From an uncultured Acidobacteriota bacterium (GTDB lineage: Bacteria > Acidobacteriota > Vicinamibacteria > Vicinamibacterales > 2-12-FULL-66-21), in the NCBI GenBank assembly GCA_963847125.1, contig CAWJYM010000004.1, positions 2,851,436-2,915,435 of the forward strand: a stretch of DNA of 64,000 nt, read 5' to 3'. Below are positions 19,719 through 28,398 of this stretch, piece by piece. The translations under genes were made by a program, and so were the position numbers. Each line of letters begins with the position of its first letter. The first letter of the stretch is position 1. Under the pieces are notes generated by a model that saw only the letters and a list, made by a program, of their open reading frames with translations, searched no databases and was not told the DNA's origin.

Positions 19719-22700
19719 GGCCATCGGCCGGCTCATCGCGGCGGTGAGGCGTCGCTGGCTCGCGCTCGACGGTCTCGGCGCGCTCGGACGCGCCGCCGGC
19801 GCGACCGCCGTCGCTCTCGCGCTCGCCGTCGCCCTCGATCGATGGCTGCTCCTCGAGGGCTGGTGGCTGTTGGCCGTGGCAGCGGTCACGGCCTTCTGCG
19901 CCCTCGCCGCGATCGTGCTGTCGATCCGCGCGATGCGATGGCCGGACGAGCGAAAGCTGGCCCGGCTGGTGGAAGAGCGGTGTCCCGAGCTCGAGGATCG
20001 ACTCGCGACGGCCGTTGCAGTCCGCGATGCCGGCGGTCTCGCGCCGCTCGTTCTCGAGGATGCCGCCGCGCGCGCGCGCAACGTCGACCCGGCGAGCGTC
20101 GTGACGCCCGCGGCCGTCCGGCACGCCGCCTGGCGCGCGGGTGTGGCGGTCGTGCTCCTCGCGGCCGCGCTTGTCCTCGGCTGGTCTTCAATCGAGAGAG
20201 TCTGGCTGACCGCCTGGCTGCGGGTGTTCCCCGGCGCGCTTCAGGTCGTGGTCGAGCCGGGCGACGCGCGCGTCCGGGCGGGGCAGCCGCTGACGATTCG
20301 CGCGCGGCTGTCTGGCGCGCCGGCGGCGCTGGCGCGCCAGGCACCCATGCTCGTCATCGGACGCGGCGAGGGCGCACGGACGCTGCCCATGGTCTCCGCG
20401 CCGGCCGACGCTGGAAGGTCGCCCGGCCACGCCGCGGATGTCGGCGCGGTCGATCGGACCTTCACGTACTACGTGGCTGCGGCCGGCATCCGCTCGCGCG
20501 ATTACACGATCACCGCGGTCCGTCCGCCGCGGGTCACGCGCATCGACCTGCGGTATCAGTACCCGGCGTTCACCGGCCTCGCGCCGCGCACAGAAACGGA
20601 CGGCGGCGACGTCTATGCTCCCGCGGGCACCCGCGTGCAGCTGAACGTGCGCACCGACCGGCCGGTCGCCTCCGCGGCGCTGACGCTCGGCGAGAACCGC
20701 ACCGTCGATCTCAAGGCCTCGTCCTCCACGAGCGAGCTCGAAGGCGTCATCGTCGTCGATCGGGACGATGCGTACCGCGTGGCGCTGGCGGATGGGGAAG
20801 GGCTGTCGAATCCTGGCGAGACCGAGTATTTCATCCGCATGATGGACGACCGGCCGCCCGACGTGCGGATCCTGCGGCCCGGCGGCGACCGCCAGGCCAC
20901 GCCGCTCGAGGAGGTCCTGGTCGAGGCGCGCGCCGAAGACGACTACCGCATCGGCCGCTTCGATCTCGTGTTCGCGGTGCGCGGCGCCGGCGAGAAGGTC
21001 GTGCCGCTCGGCCGCGGCGGGGCCGCCGTCGAGACCGGACGCCACCTGATGTTCCTCGAGGACCTCGGCGTAAAGCCCGGAGACTTCGTCAGCTACTACG
21101 CGCGCGTGCGAGACGTCGGCCGCGGCGCGCAGGGGCGCGAAGCGCGCAGCGAGATGTTCTTCGTCGAGGTCACGCCGTTCGATCAGGAGTTCAGCCGCGC
21201 CCAGAGCCAGGCGGGCGCGGGCGGGGCAGGCGCCGGCGCGGGGCTCGAAGCCCTGATCGCGGCTCAGAAGGACATCATCAACGCCACCTGGAACCTGGAT
21301 CGCCGGGCGCGCGCGGGACGCTCCGAGCAGGACGTGCGCGCGGTCGGCAAGGCGCAGGCGGAGCTCCGCGGACGCACCGAGAGCATCGCCGCCCGGCTCC
21401 GGTTTGCGACGCGGATGAGCGCCGGGCGCCGGCGGCCGGGCACCACGGCCGCGCCCGAGCAGCCGGACGACCCGATCGGCAAGGCGATCGAGTCGATGAA
21501 GCTCGCGGAAGGCTCGCTCGACAAGCTGAGCACGAGCGAGGCGATGCCGCACGAGATGGCGGCGCTCCACGAGCTCCTGCGCGCCGAGGCCGAGATCCGG
21601 CGGCGGCAGGTCACGCAGCAGATGGCCGGTGGCGGCGGTGGGGGAGGATCCGGACGATCGGGACAGGACCTGTCGGCGCTCTTCGACCGTGAGCTTCAGC
21701 GCCAGCAGCAGACGAACTACGAGAATCGCGATACAGGCGAGCAGCAGCGCCGCGAGGATGAGCCCGAAAGCGACGCGCTCGCGAAAGTGCGGGAGCTGGC
21801 GCGCCGGCAGGACGAGCTGTCGCGCAAGCAGCGCGAGCTGGCGAACGCCAAACTGAACGAAGAGGAGCTGCGGCGACAGCTCGAAAAGCTCACTCGCGAG
21901 CAGACGGAGCTCCGCGAGCAAGCGGAGCGCCTCGATCAGGAGATGAGCCGTTCGCGGCAGGGCCAGAACCAGAACGAGAACCAGCATCAGTCCGGGCAGC
22001 AGGGCCGTTCGCTGCGCGATGCGTCTGATGAGATGCGCGGCGCGACGAGCGATCTTCGCCGGCAGGATCTCGCGGGCGCCAGCGCGCGCGGCGATCGCGC
22101 GGCCGAGCGGCTCAGGGAGCTGGAGCGTCGGATGCGGGGCCGGAATCCCGACCAGCGTCGGCGCGAGCTCGGCGAGCTTCAGGTCGAAGCGCAACAGCTC
22201 GCCGACCTCGAGCGCCGCGTCGCGGACGAGGCGTCACGCCTCGGGCGCGGCACTCCGGATTCCACGACTCGGACCCGCCTGGCGGACGAGCAGGATCGCC
22301 TCGCGGCGCGGGTCGAGTCGCTCGAGAAGCAGCTTCGCGAGATGTCGTCGACGGGACAAGGCGACGAGAAGCAGGCGGCGACGGATGCCGCACGCGAGCT
22401 GTCCCGCCGGAACGTGGGGCGGGGGATGAAGGAGTCGGCCGAGTCGCTGCGATCGGATGCCAAGGAAGGTCAGGCGCCCGACAAGCGCGGCGCAGAGCCC
22501 GGGCAGGCGGAACGGGAGCTGGCGCGCTCGCTCGACCGTGTAGCGGAACGGATGGGCGCGCAGGGAGACGCCGACGGGCGGCGGCTGGCTGACGAGATGG
22601 CCCGCGCGCGAGAAGCGCGCGATCGGTTGAACGACATGGCCCGGCGCCTCGAGCGGCTCGAGCAGGAAGATCGCGCCGCGCGCAGCGGCGAACAGTCATC

Positions 22701-23175
22701 CGGCCAGCAGCAGGGCCGGCAAGGACAACAGCAGGGCTCCGGTCAGCCAGGCGGACAGCAGCAGCAGCAACAGGGCGGTGGCGGCCGCGGCGGCGACCTC
22801 GCCCGGCTGCGCGACGAGTACCAGCGCGAGATCGAGCGCGCGCGCGAGGTGCTGCAGGGATTGCAGCGCTCGGCGCCCGACTCTGGAATGGGCGGCTCCA
22901 CGCCAGAGGAGCACGAGTACAGCATCTCCGCGCCAGGCCGCGAGGCCTTCAAGAACGACTTCAGCAACTGGGAGCGCCTGCGGAAGGACGTCTCGCTCGC
23001 GCTCGAGCGGCGTGAAACGGCCATCGCCGATAAGCTGGCCGGCAAGCGCCGGCAGGACCGGCTCGCGGCCGGCGCCGCCGACGGCGTGCCAGAGGCCTAC
23101 CGGGCGCTCGTCGCCAAGTACTTCGAGTCCCTTGCGCGGTCCGGGCGTGCGCCGGCCGCTCCGAAGCAGCCGTGA
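19669..23175 (+). CDS. Giant membrane-anchored protein, DUF4175-like, with long coiled-coil and low-complexity C-terminal half
   Basis: 1168-aa ORF with TM helices near the N-terminus and a beta-rich middle (YQYPAFTGLAPRTETDGGDVYAPAGTRV). After ~21600 it becomes E/R/Q-rich heptad-like sequence with a poly-G run and Q/G runs. The start is ambiguous (ATG 19669, or TTG 19711 overlapping the upstream stop). Confidence 0.7.
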   Translation: MRSSVKDCWREGTGLPEAIGRLIAAVRRRWLALDGLGALGRAAGATAVALALAVALDRWLLLEGWWLLAVAAVTAFCALAAIVLSIRAMRWPDERKLARLVEERCPELEDRLATAVAVRDAGGLAPLVLEDAAARARNVDPASVVTPAAVRHAAWRAGVAVVLLAAALVLGWSSIERVWLTAWLRVFPGALQVVVEPGDARVRAGQPLTIRARLSGAPAALARQAPMLVIGRGEGARTLPMVSAPADAGRSPGHAADVGAVDRTFTYYVAAAGIRSRDYTITAVRPPRVTRIDLRYQYPAFTGLAPRTETDGGDVYAPAGTRVQLNVRTDRPVASAALTLGENRTVDLKASSSTSELEGVIVVDRDDAYRVALADGEGLSNPGETEYFIRMMDDRPPDVRILRPGGDRQATPLEEVLVEARAEDDYRIGRFDLVFAVRGAGEKVVPLGRGGAAVETGRHLMFLEDLGVKPGDFVSYYARVRDVGRGAQGREARSEMFFVEVTPFDQEFSRAQSQAGAGGAGAGAGLEALIAAQKDIINATWNLDRRARAGRSEQDVRAVGKAQAELRGRTESIAARLRFATRMSAGRRRPGTTAAPEQPDDPIGKAIESMKLAEGSLDKLSTSEAMPHEMAALHELLRAEAEIRRRQVTQQMAGGGGGGGSGRSGQDLSALFDRELQRQQQTNYENRDTGEQQRREDEPESDALAKVRELARRQDELSRKQRELANAKLNEEELRRQLEKLTREQTELREQAERLDQEMSRSRQGQNQNENQHQSGQQGRSLRDASDEMRGATSDLRRQDLAGASARGDRAAERLRELERRMRGRNPDQRRRELGELQVEAQQLADLERRVADEASRLGRGTPDSTTRTRLADEQDRLAARVESLEKQLREMSSTGQGDEKQAATDAARELSRRNVGRGMKESAESLRSDAKEGQAPDKRGAEPGQAERELARSLDRVAERMGAQGDADGRRLADEMARAREARDRLNDMARRLERLEQEDRAARSGEQSSGQQQGRQGQQQGSGQPGGQQQQQQGGGGRGGDLARLRDEYQREIERAREVLQGLQRSAPDSGMGGSTPEEHEYSISAPGREAFKNDFSNWERLRKDVSLALERRETAIADKLAGKRRQDRLAAGAADGVPEAYRALVAKYFESLARSGRAPAAPKQP

Positions 23176-25367
23176 CCCTCGCCGAACCGTGGCCATGGTG
23201 GGCGCTCGTCGCAGCGCTCGCAGCCGTCGCCTTTCTTACCTGGCGCGAATACTCCCGCGCGCGCATCAGCCGCCACCAGCGCGCGACGCTCGCCGCGCTT
23301 CGCGCCGTGACGCTCCTGCTTCTCGTCCTGTTTCTGATGCGTCCCGTCGCCGTGAGCGACGGCGCTCCGCGCGGGACGGTCGTGCCGCTCCTCGTCGACG
23401 TGTCGCGAAGCATGCGCATCGCCGACGCGGGAGGCCGCCCCCGGATCCAGCGCGCACGAGAGGTGGCGGCGCGGCTCGCGCCCGCGCTGGGCCGCGAGTT
23501 CACGGTCGAAACCCTCGGCTTCGGCGAGACGCTGGACCCGCTCGACCCGCAGCGCGCCGAGGCAGCCGCCCCGAGGACCGACCTGTCGGCGGCATTATCG
23601 GCCGTCGCGGATCGCTACCGCGGCCGCGCGCTCGCCGGCATCGTGGTCATCTCTGACGGCGCCGACACAGGAGATGGCGCGGTGCCGGCCGGGATTCCCC
23701 CGATCTACACCATCCCCGTCGGATCGCCGCAGCCCCTTCGCGACCGCGAAGTGGCGGCGTTGACGATTGGAGACGCGCCGCTCTCGGGATCGATCGTCGA
23801 CTTGACCGCGACGGTCGTGAGCCATGGCTTCGACCGAAGCCCGATCGAGATCCGGGTGCTGGAAAACGGCCGGCCCTTTGCTGCGCGCCGCGTCCAGCCC
23901 GCCGCGGACGGCGCTCCGGTTCAGGAGGTCTTCCAGGTGCCGCCGCCGGGCGAGTCCGCGACCATCTATACGGTCGAGATCCCGGCCGCTCCCGACGAGC
24001 TCGTTCCCGAAAACAACACGCGGAGCGTGCTCGTTCCGCCCGCCGGACGCCGGCGGCGTCTGCTCCTCGTCGAGGGGGCGCCCGGCTTCGAGCACAGCTT
24101 TCTGAAGCGCGCCTGGACGGCGGATCCCGGTCTCGAGCTGGACGCCGTCGTCCGCAAGGGACAGAACGAGCGGGGCGAAGACACGTTCTACATCCAGGCC
24201 TCGACCGACCGCGCGCCGTCGCTCGCGAGCGGGTTCCCGGTCGATCGCAAGACGCTCTTCGCTTACGACGGGATCGTGCTCGCGAACGTCGGCGCCGGGT
24301 TCTTCGGCCGCGAGCGCGGCGACCTCGTGGAGGCGTTCGTCGGCGAGCGCGGCGGCGGCCTGCTGGTGCTCGGGGCGCGATCGTTCGCGCCGGGTGGGAT
24401 CGGCGGGACGGCGATCGAATACCTGCTGCCGGTGGTCCTCGGCGGTGCGGCGGGGCGCGACGCCACGCCGGCCGCGACCGGCGCCGGACCCAACCGTGTC
24501 GGCCTGACGGCCGACGGGCGAAGGCACCCGATCCTCCGTCTCGGAACTACTCCTGAGGAGACCGAAAAGCGATGGGCGGCCGCGCCGGCGCTGGCCAGCG
24601 TCGCGACGCTCGGCACGCCGCGTCCGGGCGCGCGTGTCCTCGCCGTCGCCGGCGGGTCGGGCAGCGGCTCTCGTCCGCTGCTCGTCCTGCAGCGCTTCGG
24701 GGAGGGCCGCACCGTGGCGTTTGGCGGCGAAGCGACGTGGCGCTGGAGGATGATGCGCCCGACCGAGGATCGCCTGTACGAGACCTTCTGGCGGCAGACC
24801 GCACGATGGCTGGCGGCATCGTCACCCGACCCGGTGATGGCGGCGGTCACCCGGGGATCGGCGCCGCGGGAAACGGCGATCGTGGATGTCACCGTCCGCG
24901 ACGCCGCGTTCGTGCCGGCGCGCGGCGCTTCCGTGTCGGTGCGCGTGCGCAGACCTGGCGGCCGCGTGGAGGAGCTCGCCGCCGAACCGGTCGATGCCGC
25001 GGCCGCGACCTGGCGGGCGCGGTTCAAGCCGTCGGAGACCGGCGTTCATGTCGTCACGGTCGAGGCCACGCGCGGCGCCGAGCGGGTCGGCATGGCGACG
25101 CGCCACCTGCTGACCGGCGGCGCCGACCTGGAGATGGCCGACCCGCGCGCGAACGAAGCGGTGCTCGCACGCCTCGCGGGGGAAACGGGAGGCGCGCTCG
25201 TGCGCGAGGCAGATATGGATCGGCTCCCCGGCATGATGGCGGCCGCCGCGGATCCCGCGTCGCCGCGCGCGACGCGCGAGCTCTGGCACGGGCCGGTGCC
25301 TATTCTCCTCATCATCGGCCTGCTCTCGGCGGAGTGGATCCTCCGCCGGCGCTGGGGACTGCGATGA
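23172..25367 (+). CDS. Membrane protein with degenerate vWA and GATase1/ThuA-like (DUF1355-like) domains
   Basis: 731 aa with N-terminal TM helices, LLVDVSRSMRI (DxSxS), LLLVEGAPGFEHSFLKRAW, GGGLLVLGARSF and a C-terminal TM. There is a 4-nt GTGA overlap with the upstream gene. Confidence 0.7.
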   Translation: MTLAEPWPWWALVAALAAVAFLTWREYSRARISRHQRATLAALRAVTLLLLVLFLMRPVAVSDGAPRGTVVPLLVDVSRSMRIADAGGRPRIQRAREVAARLAPALGREFTVETLGFGETLDPLDPQRAEAAAPRTDLSAALSAVADRYRGRALAGIVVISDGADTGDGAVPAGIPPIYTIPVGSPQPLRDREVAALTIGDAPLSGSIVDLTATVVSHGFDRSPIEIRVLENGRPFAARRVQPAADGAPVQEVFQVPPPGESATIYTVEIPAAPDELVPENNTRSVLVPPAGRRRRLLLVEGAPGFEHSFLKRAWTADPGLELDAVVRKGQNERGEDTFYIQASTDRAPSLASGFPVDRKTLFAYDGIVLANVGAGFFGRERGDLVEAFVGERGGGLLVLGARSFAPGGIGGTAIEYLLPVVLGGAAGRDATPAATGAGPNRVGLTADGRRHPILRLGTTPEETEKRWAAAPALASVATLGTPRPGARVLAVAGGSGSGSRPLLVLQRFGEGRTVAFGGEATWRWRMMRPTEDRLYETFWRQTARWLAASSPDPVMAAVTRGSAPRETAIVDVTVRDAAFVPARGASVSVRVRRPGGRVEELAAEPVDAAAATWRARFKPSETGVHVVTVEATRGAERVGMATRHLLTGGADLEMADPRANEAVLARLAGETGGALVREADMDRLPGMMAAAADPASPRATRELWHGPVPILLIIGLLSAEWILRRRWGLR

Positions 25368-25406
25368 GGGGCCGCGCTGCGTCTGTCCGGTCGGGTTCTC
25401 GCCCTC

Positions 25407-26369
25407 GTGTGGCTCGCGGCGATCGGGTCCGCGGGCGCGGCCACCGGACCGGAAGCAGACGAACGGTTTGCGCTGGTCGTGTCGGGCGCCAGCGGCGGCG
25501 AGCCGTACGCCGCGCAGCAGGCGAAATGGCGCGCGGCGCTGGCCTCTGCGCTCCGCGAGCACCTCGGGATCGATGCCGGCCGGATCACCGTCCTTGGAGA
25601 GACCGGCGACCCCGGCGGCCCGACCGGTGGCGGGTCGGCGACGGCCGCCGAGCTGCGCCGTGCCTTCACCAGCTACGCCCGGCTGAAGCAGGATGACCTG
25701 CTGCTCGTCGTGCTGATCGGCCACGGCACGGCGGACCCGGAGGAAGCGAAGTTCAACCTCGTGGGGCCTGACCTGTCCGCCGCCGAGTGGCGCGACCTCA
25801 TACGTCCGATTCGCGGGCGCGTGGTGTTCGTCAACACGTCGAGCGCGAGCTTCCCGTTCCTCGAGCGCCTGTCGGGTCCGCGCCGGGTCGTCATCACGGC
25901 CACCGATTCCATCGCGCAGAAGTTCGTGACGGTCTTCCCCGAGTATTTCATTCAGGCGCTCGTCGATCCGGCGGCCGACATCGACAAGAACGGACGCATC
26001 TCGATCTGGGAAGCGTTCAGCGCCGCCAGCCTCGCGGTGCGGCAGCACTACGAGCAGCGCGGGCAGCTGACGACCGAGCGGGCGCTCCTGGATGACAACG
26101 GCGACGGCGTCGGGCGGGAAGCGGCCACGCCGGGAGGCGACGGCTCGCTCGCGAGCCGCCTGTACCTGGATGCGCACGTCGGGCCGGAGGTTGCCACCGA
26201 TCCGGTCCTCGTCGAGCTGCTCCAGCGCCGTGCGGCGCTCGAGGCGGAGGTCGACGAGTTGCGCGCGCGCAAGCCCCTGATGCCGGCCGCCGATTATGCC
26301 GCGGAGTTCGAGCGTCTGATGATCGATCTGGCGCGCGTGTCTCGGGATATTCGCCGCCGAAAGAGCTAG
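25407..26369 (+). CDS. Legumain/caspase-fold (peptidase C13-like) protein with C-terminal coiled coil; predicted nucleophile Cys absent
   Basis: 320 aa. FALVVSG...LLLVVLIGHG (His block) and VVFVNTSSASFPF where C13 proteins carry the D/E-x-C-x-S-G block, then DKNGRISIWEAF. GTG start; the frame is open from 25368. Confidence 0.55.
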   Translation: MWLAAIGSAGAATGPEADERFALVVSGASGGEPYAAQQAKWRAALASALREHLGIDAGRITVLGETGDPGGPTGGGSATAAELRRAFTSYARLKQDDLLLVVLIGHGTADPEEAKFNLVGPDLSAAEWRDLIRPIRGRVVFVNTSSASFPFLERLSGPRRVVITATDSIAQKFVTVFPEYFIQALVDPAADIDKNGRISIWEAFSAASLAVRQHYEQRGQLTTERALLDDNGDGVGREAATPGGDGSLASRLYLDAHVGPEVATDPVLVELLQRRAALEAEVDELRARKPLMPAADYAAEFERLMIDLARVSRDIRRRKS

Positions 26370-27034
26370 GCGTCGAACCACTCGACCCGCCGCCGCTCCG
26401 GGCGGCGGAACAGGAAAATCCCGATGACCCCGGCGGCAAACCCCGCGACGTGCGCCCAGAACGCCACCCCGCCTACGTCCTGCTCGCCCGTGACCCCGAG
26501 CGACCCGACGCCGGACACGAACTGAAGCAGAAACCAGAGGCCGAGGAAGAAGATCGCCGGCACCTCGATCAGCTCGATGAAGAAGAAGATCGGGACGAGC
26601 GTCAGCACGCGCGAATGCGGGAACATGACGAAGTACGCGCCCATCACGCCTGCGATCGCGCCGCTCGCGCCGAGCATCGGGATGCGCGACGCGGGGTTGA
26701 TCCACACCTGCGCCAGCGCCGCGGCGGTGCCGCAGATCACGTAAAAGAGCACGTACCGTCCGTGTCCGACGCGGTCTTCGACGTTGTCGCCGAAGATCCA
26801 CAGAAAGAGCATGTTCCCGAGGAAGTGCATCCAGTCGCCGTGCATGAACATCGATGTCAGCACGGCCGGGAGCGAGAATGCGACGGGGACGAGCGCGTAG
26901 CGGAATACGAACCGCGTGAACTCCGCCTCGCCGAGCGTCTGCTGGTACAGGAAGACCGCCGTGTTGATCAGAATGAAGGCGACCGTGACGACAGGGGTCG
27001 TCCGTGACGGGATGACGTCGCGGATCGGGATCAC
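26366..27034 (-). CDS. Rhomboid-family intramembrane serine protease
   Basis: 222 aa. HGDWMHFLGNMLFLW and GASGAIAGVMGAY motifs. Confidence 0.9.
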   Translation of the reverse strand: MIPIRDVIPSRTTPVVTVAFILINTAVFLYQQTLGEAEFTRFVFRYALVPVAFSLPAVLTSMFMHGDWMHFLGNMLFLWIFGDNVEDRVGHGRYVLFYVICGTAAALAQVWINPASRIPMLGASGAIAGVMGAYFVMFPHSRVLTLVPIFFFIELIEVPAIFFLGLWFLLQFVSGVGSLGVTGEQDVGGVAFWAHVAGFAAGVIGIFLFRRPERRRVEWFDA

Positions 27035-27037
27035 TGT

Positions 27038-28375
27038 TCAGCGACCGGCGGTTTTTCCCACGCCTGGCGCGAACAGGTAGTCCGCAGCCAGGTGCGCGAG
27101 GGCCCGCACGCCGGTCACGAGGGCCCGCTCGTCGACAACGAACCGGGGCGAGTGGTTTGAGGCGGCCTTGCCGATCTGTTCTTTCGGCGTGACGCCGAGC
27201 GCGAGGAAGAGGCCGGGCGAGCGGCGCTGGTAATACGTGAAGTCCTCCGCGCCGGTGATGAGGGCCGATTCGGCCACGGCGCCCGGAGCGACGCGATCGA
27301 GCGTGGGCCGCATGCGCGCGGTGAGCTCCGGATGATTCGCGGTGACGGGATACTGCGGATCGATCCTGACGTCCGCCGTCGCGCCAGCGGAGGCGGCGAT
27401 CGACTCCGCCGTCCGCTTCACGCGCGCGTGAATGTCGGCCTGCGTCCGGTCGTCGAAGGCCCTGATGGTTCCGGTCAACCGTACGCTGTCGGGGATGATG
27501 TTGGATCGTACCCCGCCGTTGAACTGGCCCACCGTCACGATCGCCGGCAGCCTCGTGATGTCGACCTGCCGCGCGACGATCGTTTGCAGCGCCGTCACGA
27601 TTTGCGATCCGATGACGATGGGATCGATGCCGGCCCAGGGCGCCGCGCCATGTGTCTGGCGGCCACGCACGATGATCTCGAAGAGATCCGAGCTGGCGAG
27701 CATCGGCCCGGGGCGGGTCTGAATCTGGCTCGTCTCGATGTTGGCGAACACATGAAGGCCGAACACGGCGTCCACGCGCGGGTTCTCGAGGACGCCCTCC
27801 TTCACCATCAGTTCCGCGCCGGCCGGCCGCTCATCCCGGGGCGCTCCTTCCTCGGCCGGCTGAAAGATGAACTTCACCGATCCCGCCAGCTTGTCTTTGA
27901 CCGACGTGAGGACCTTCGCCGCCCCGAGAGCGATCGCCATGTGGGCATCGTGCCCGCACGCGTGCATCACGCCCACCGGCTGTCCCTCGTACTCGCCGAC
28001 CGCCTTGCTCGCGAACGGCAGATCGCTTTCCTCGCGCACGGGAAGGCCGTCCATGTCGGCGCGAAGCGCGACGACCGGTCCCGGCCTGCCGCCCTTCAAG
28101 AGGGCCACCACGCCGGTTTTCGCGACGTTGGTCTGGGGCTCGAGGCCGAAGCTGCGCAGCCGCGCCGCGATGTATTTCGCGGTCTCGACTTCGCGATTGG
28201 ACAGCTCGGGATGCGCGTGGAGATGCCGCCGCCAGGCGATCACTTCCGGCTCGATCGTCGCCGCCAGCCGATCGATCTCGCCCGCGAGCGCGGAAGCCGG
28301 AACGCCGCCGGGCGATCCCTGCGAGCCGGAACCGAGCGTGACGGCAGCGATGAGAGCGATTCGAAAGAGTCCCAT
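27038..28375 (-). CDS. Secreted M20-family amidohydrolase/carboxypeptidase
   Basis: 445 aa with a signal peptide, MHACGHD motif and an M20D-like layout. Confidence 0.88.
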   Translation of the reverse strand: MGLFRIALIAAVTLGSGSQGSPGGVPASALAGEIDRLAATIEPEVIAWRRHLHAHPELSNREVETAKYIAARLRSFGLEPQTNVAKTGVVALLKGGRPGPVVALRADMDGLPVREESDLPFASKAVGEYEGQPVGVMHACGHDAHMAIALGAAKVLTSVKDKLAGSVKFIFQPAEEGAPRDERPAGAELMVKEGVLENPRVDAVFGLHVFANIETSQIQTRPGPMLASSDLFEIIVRGRQTHGAAPWAGIDPIVIGSQIVTALQTIVARQVDITRLPAIVTVGQFNGGVRSNIIPDSVRLTGTIRAFDDRTQADIHARVKRTAESIAASAGATADVRIDPQYPVTANHPELTARMRPTLDRVAPGAVAESALITGAEDFTYYQRRSPGLFLALGVTPKEQIGKAASNHSPRFVVDERALVTGVRALAHLAADYLFAPGVGKTAGR

Positions 28376-28384
28376 GGGACGGGC

Positions 28385-28392
28385 AGTATACT
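28385..28392. promoter_or_regulatory. 8-bp palindrome AGTATACT giving a TATACT -10-like hexamer on both strands between divergent start codons
   Basis: The M20-phoD intergenic gap is only 23 bp. The hexamer ends 6 nt before the phoD ATG and 9 nt before the M20 ATG. Confidence 0.3.
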
Positions 28393-28398
28393 CGGGCC

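Noticed and set aside
20188-22194. 668-aa - strand ORF and 616-aa + strand ORF (19842-21692)
   Set aside because: They overlap the 1168-aa ORF, which has TM helices, beta-rich and coiled-coil structure and operon coupling. The alternates are Arg/Gly/Pro-rich junk.
22690-22800. CAG/GGC-rich DNA repeat
   Set aside because: It is in frame within a long ORF and encodes a Q/G low-complexity tract. I consider it coding low complexity and not a separate DNA element.
24572-26801. 374-aa + ORF (24572-25696) and 659-aa - ORF (24822-26801)
   Set aside because: Both are Arg-rich frames overlapping three well-supported genes. The ATG at 25364 that looks translationally coupled belongs to this junk frame, not to the C13-like frame.
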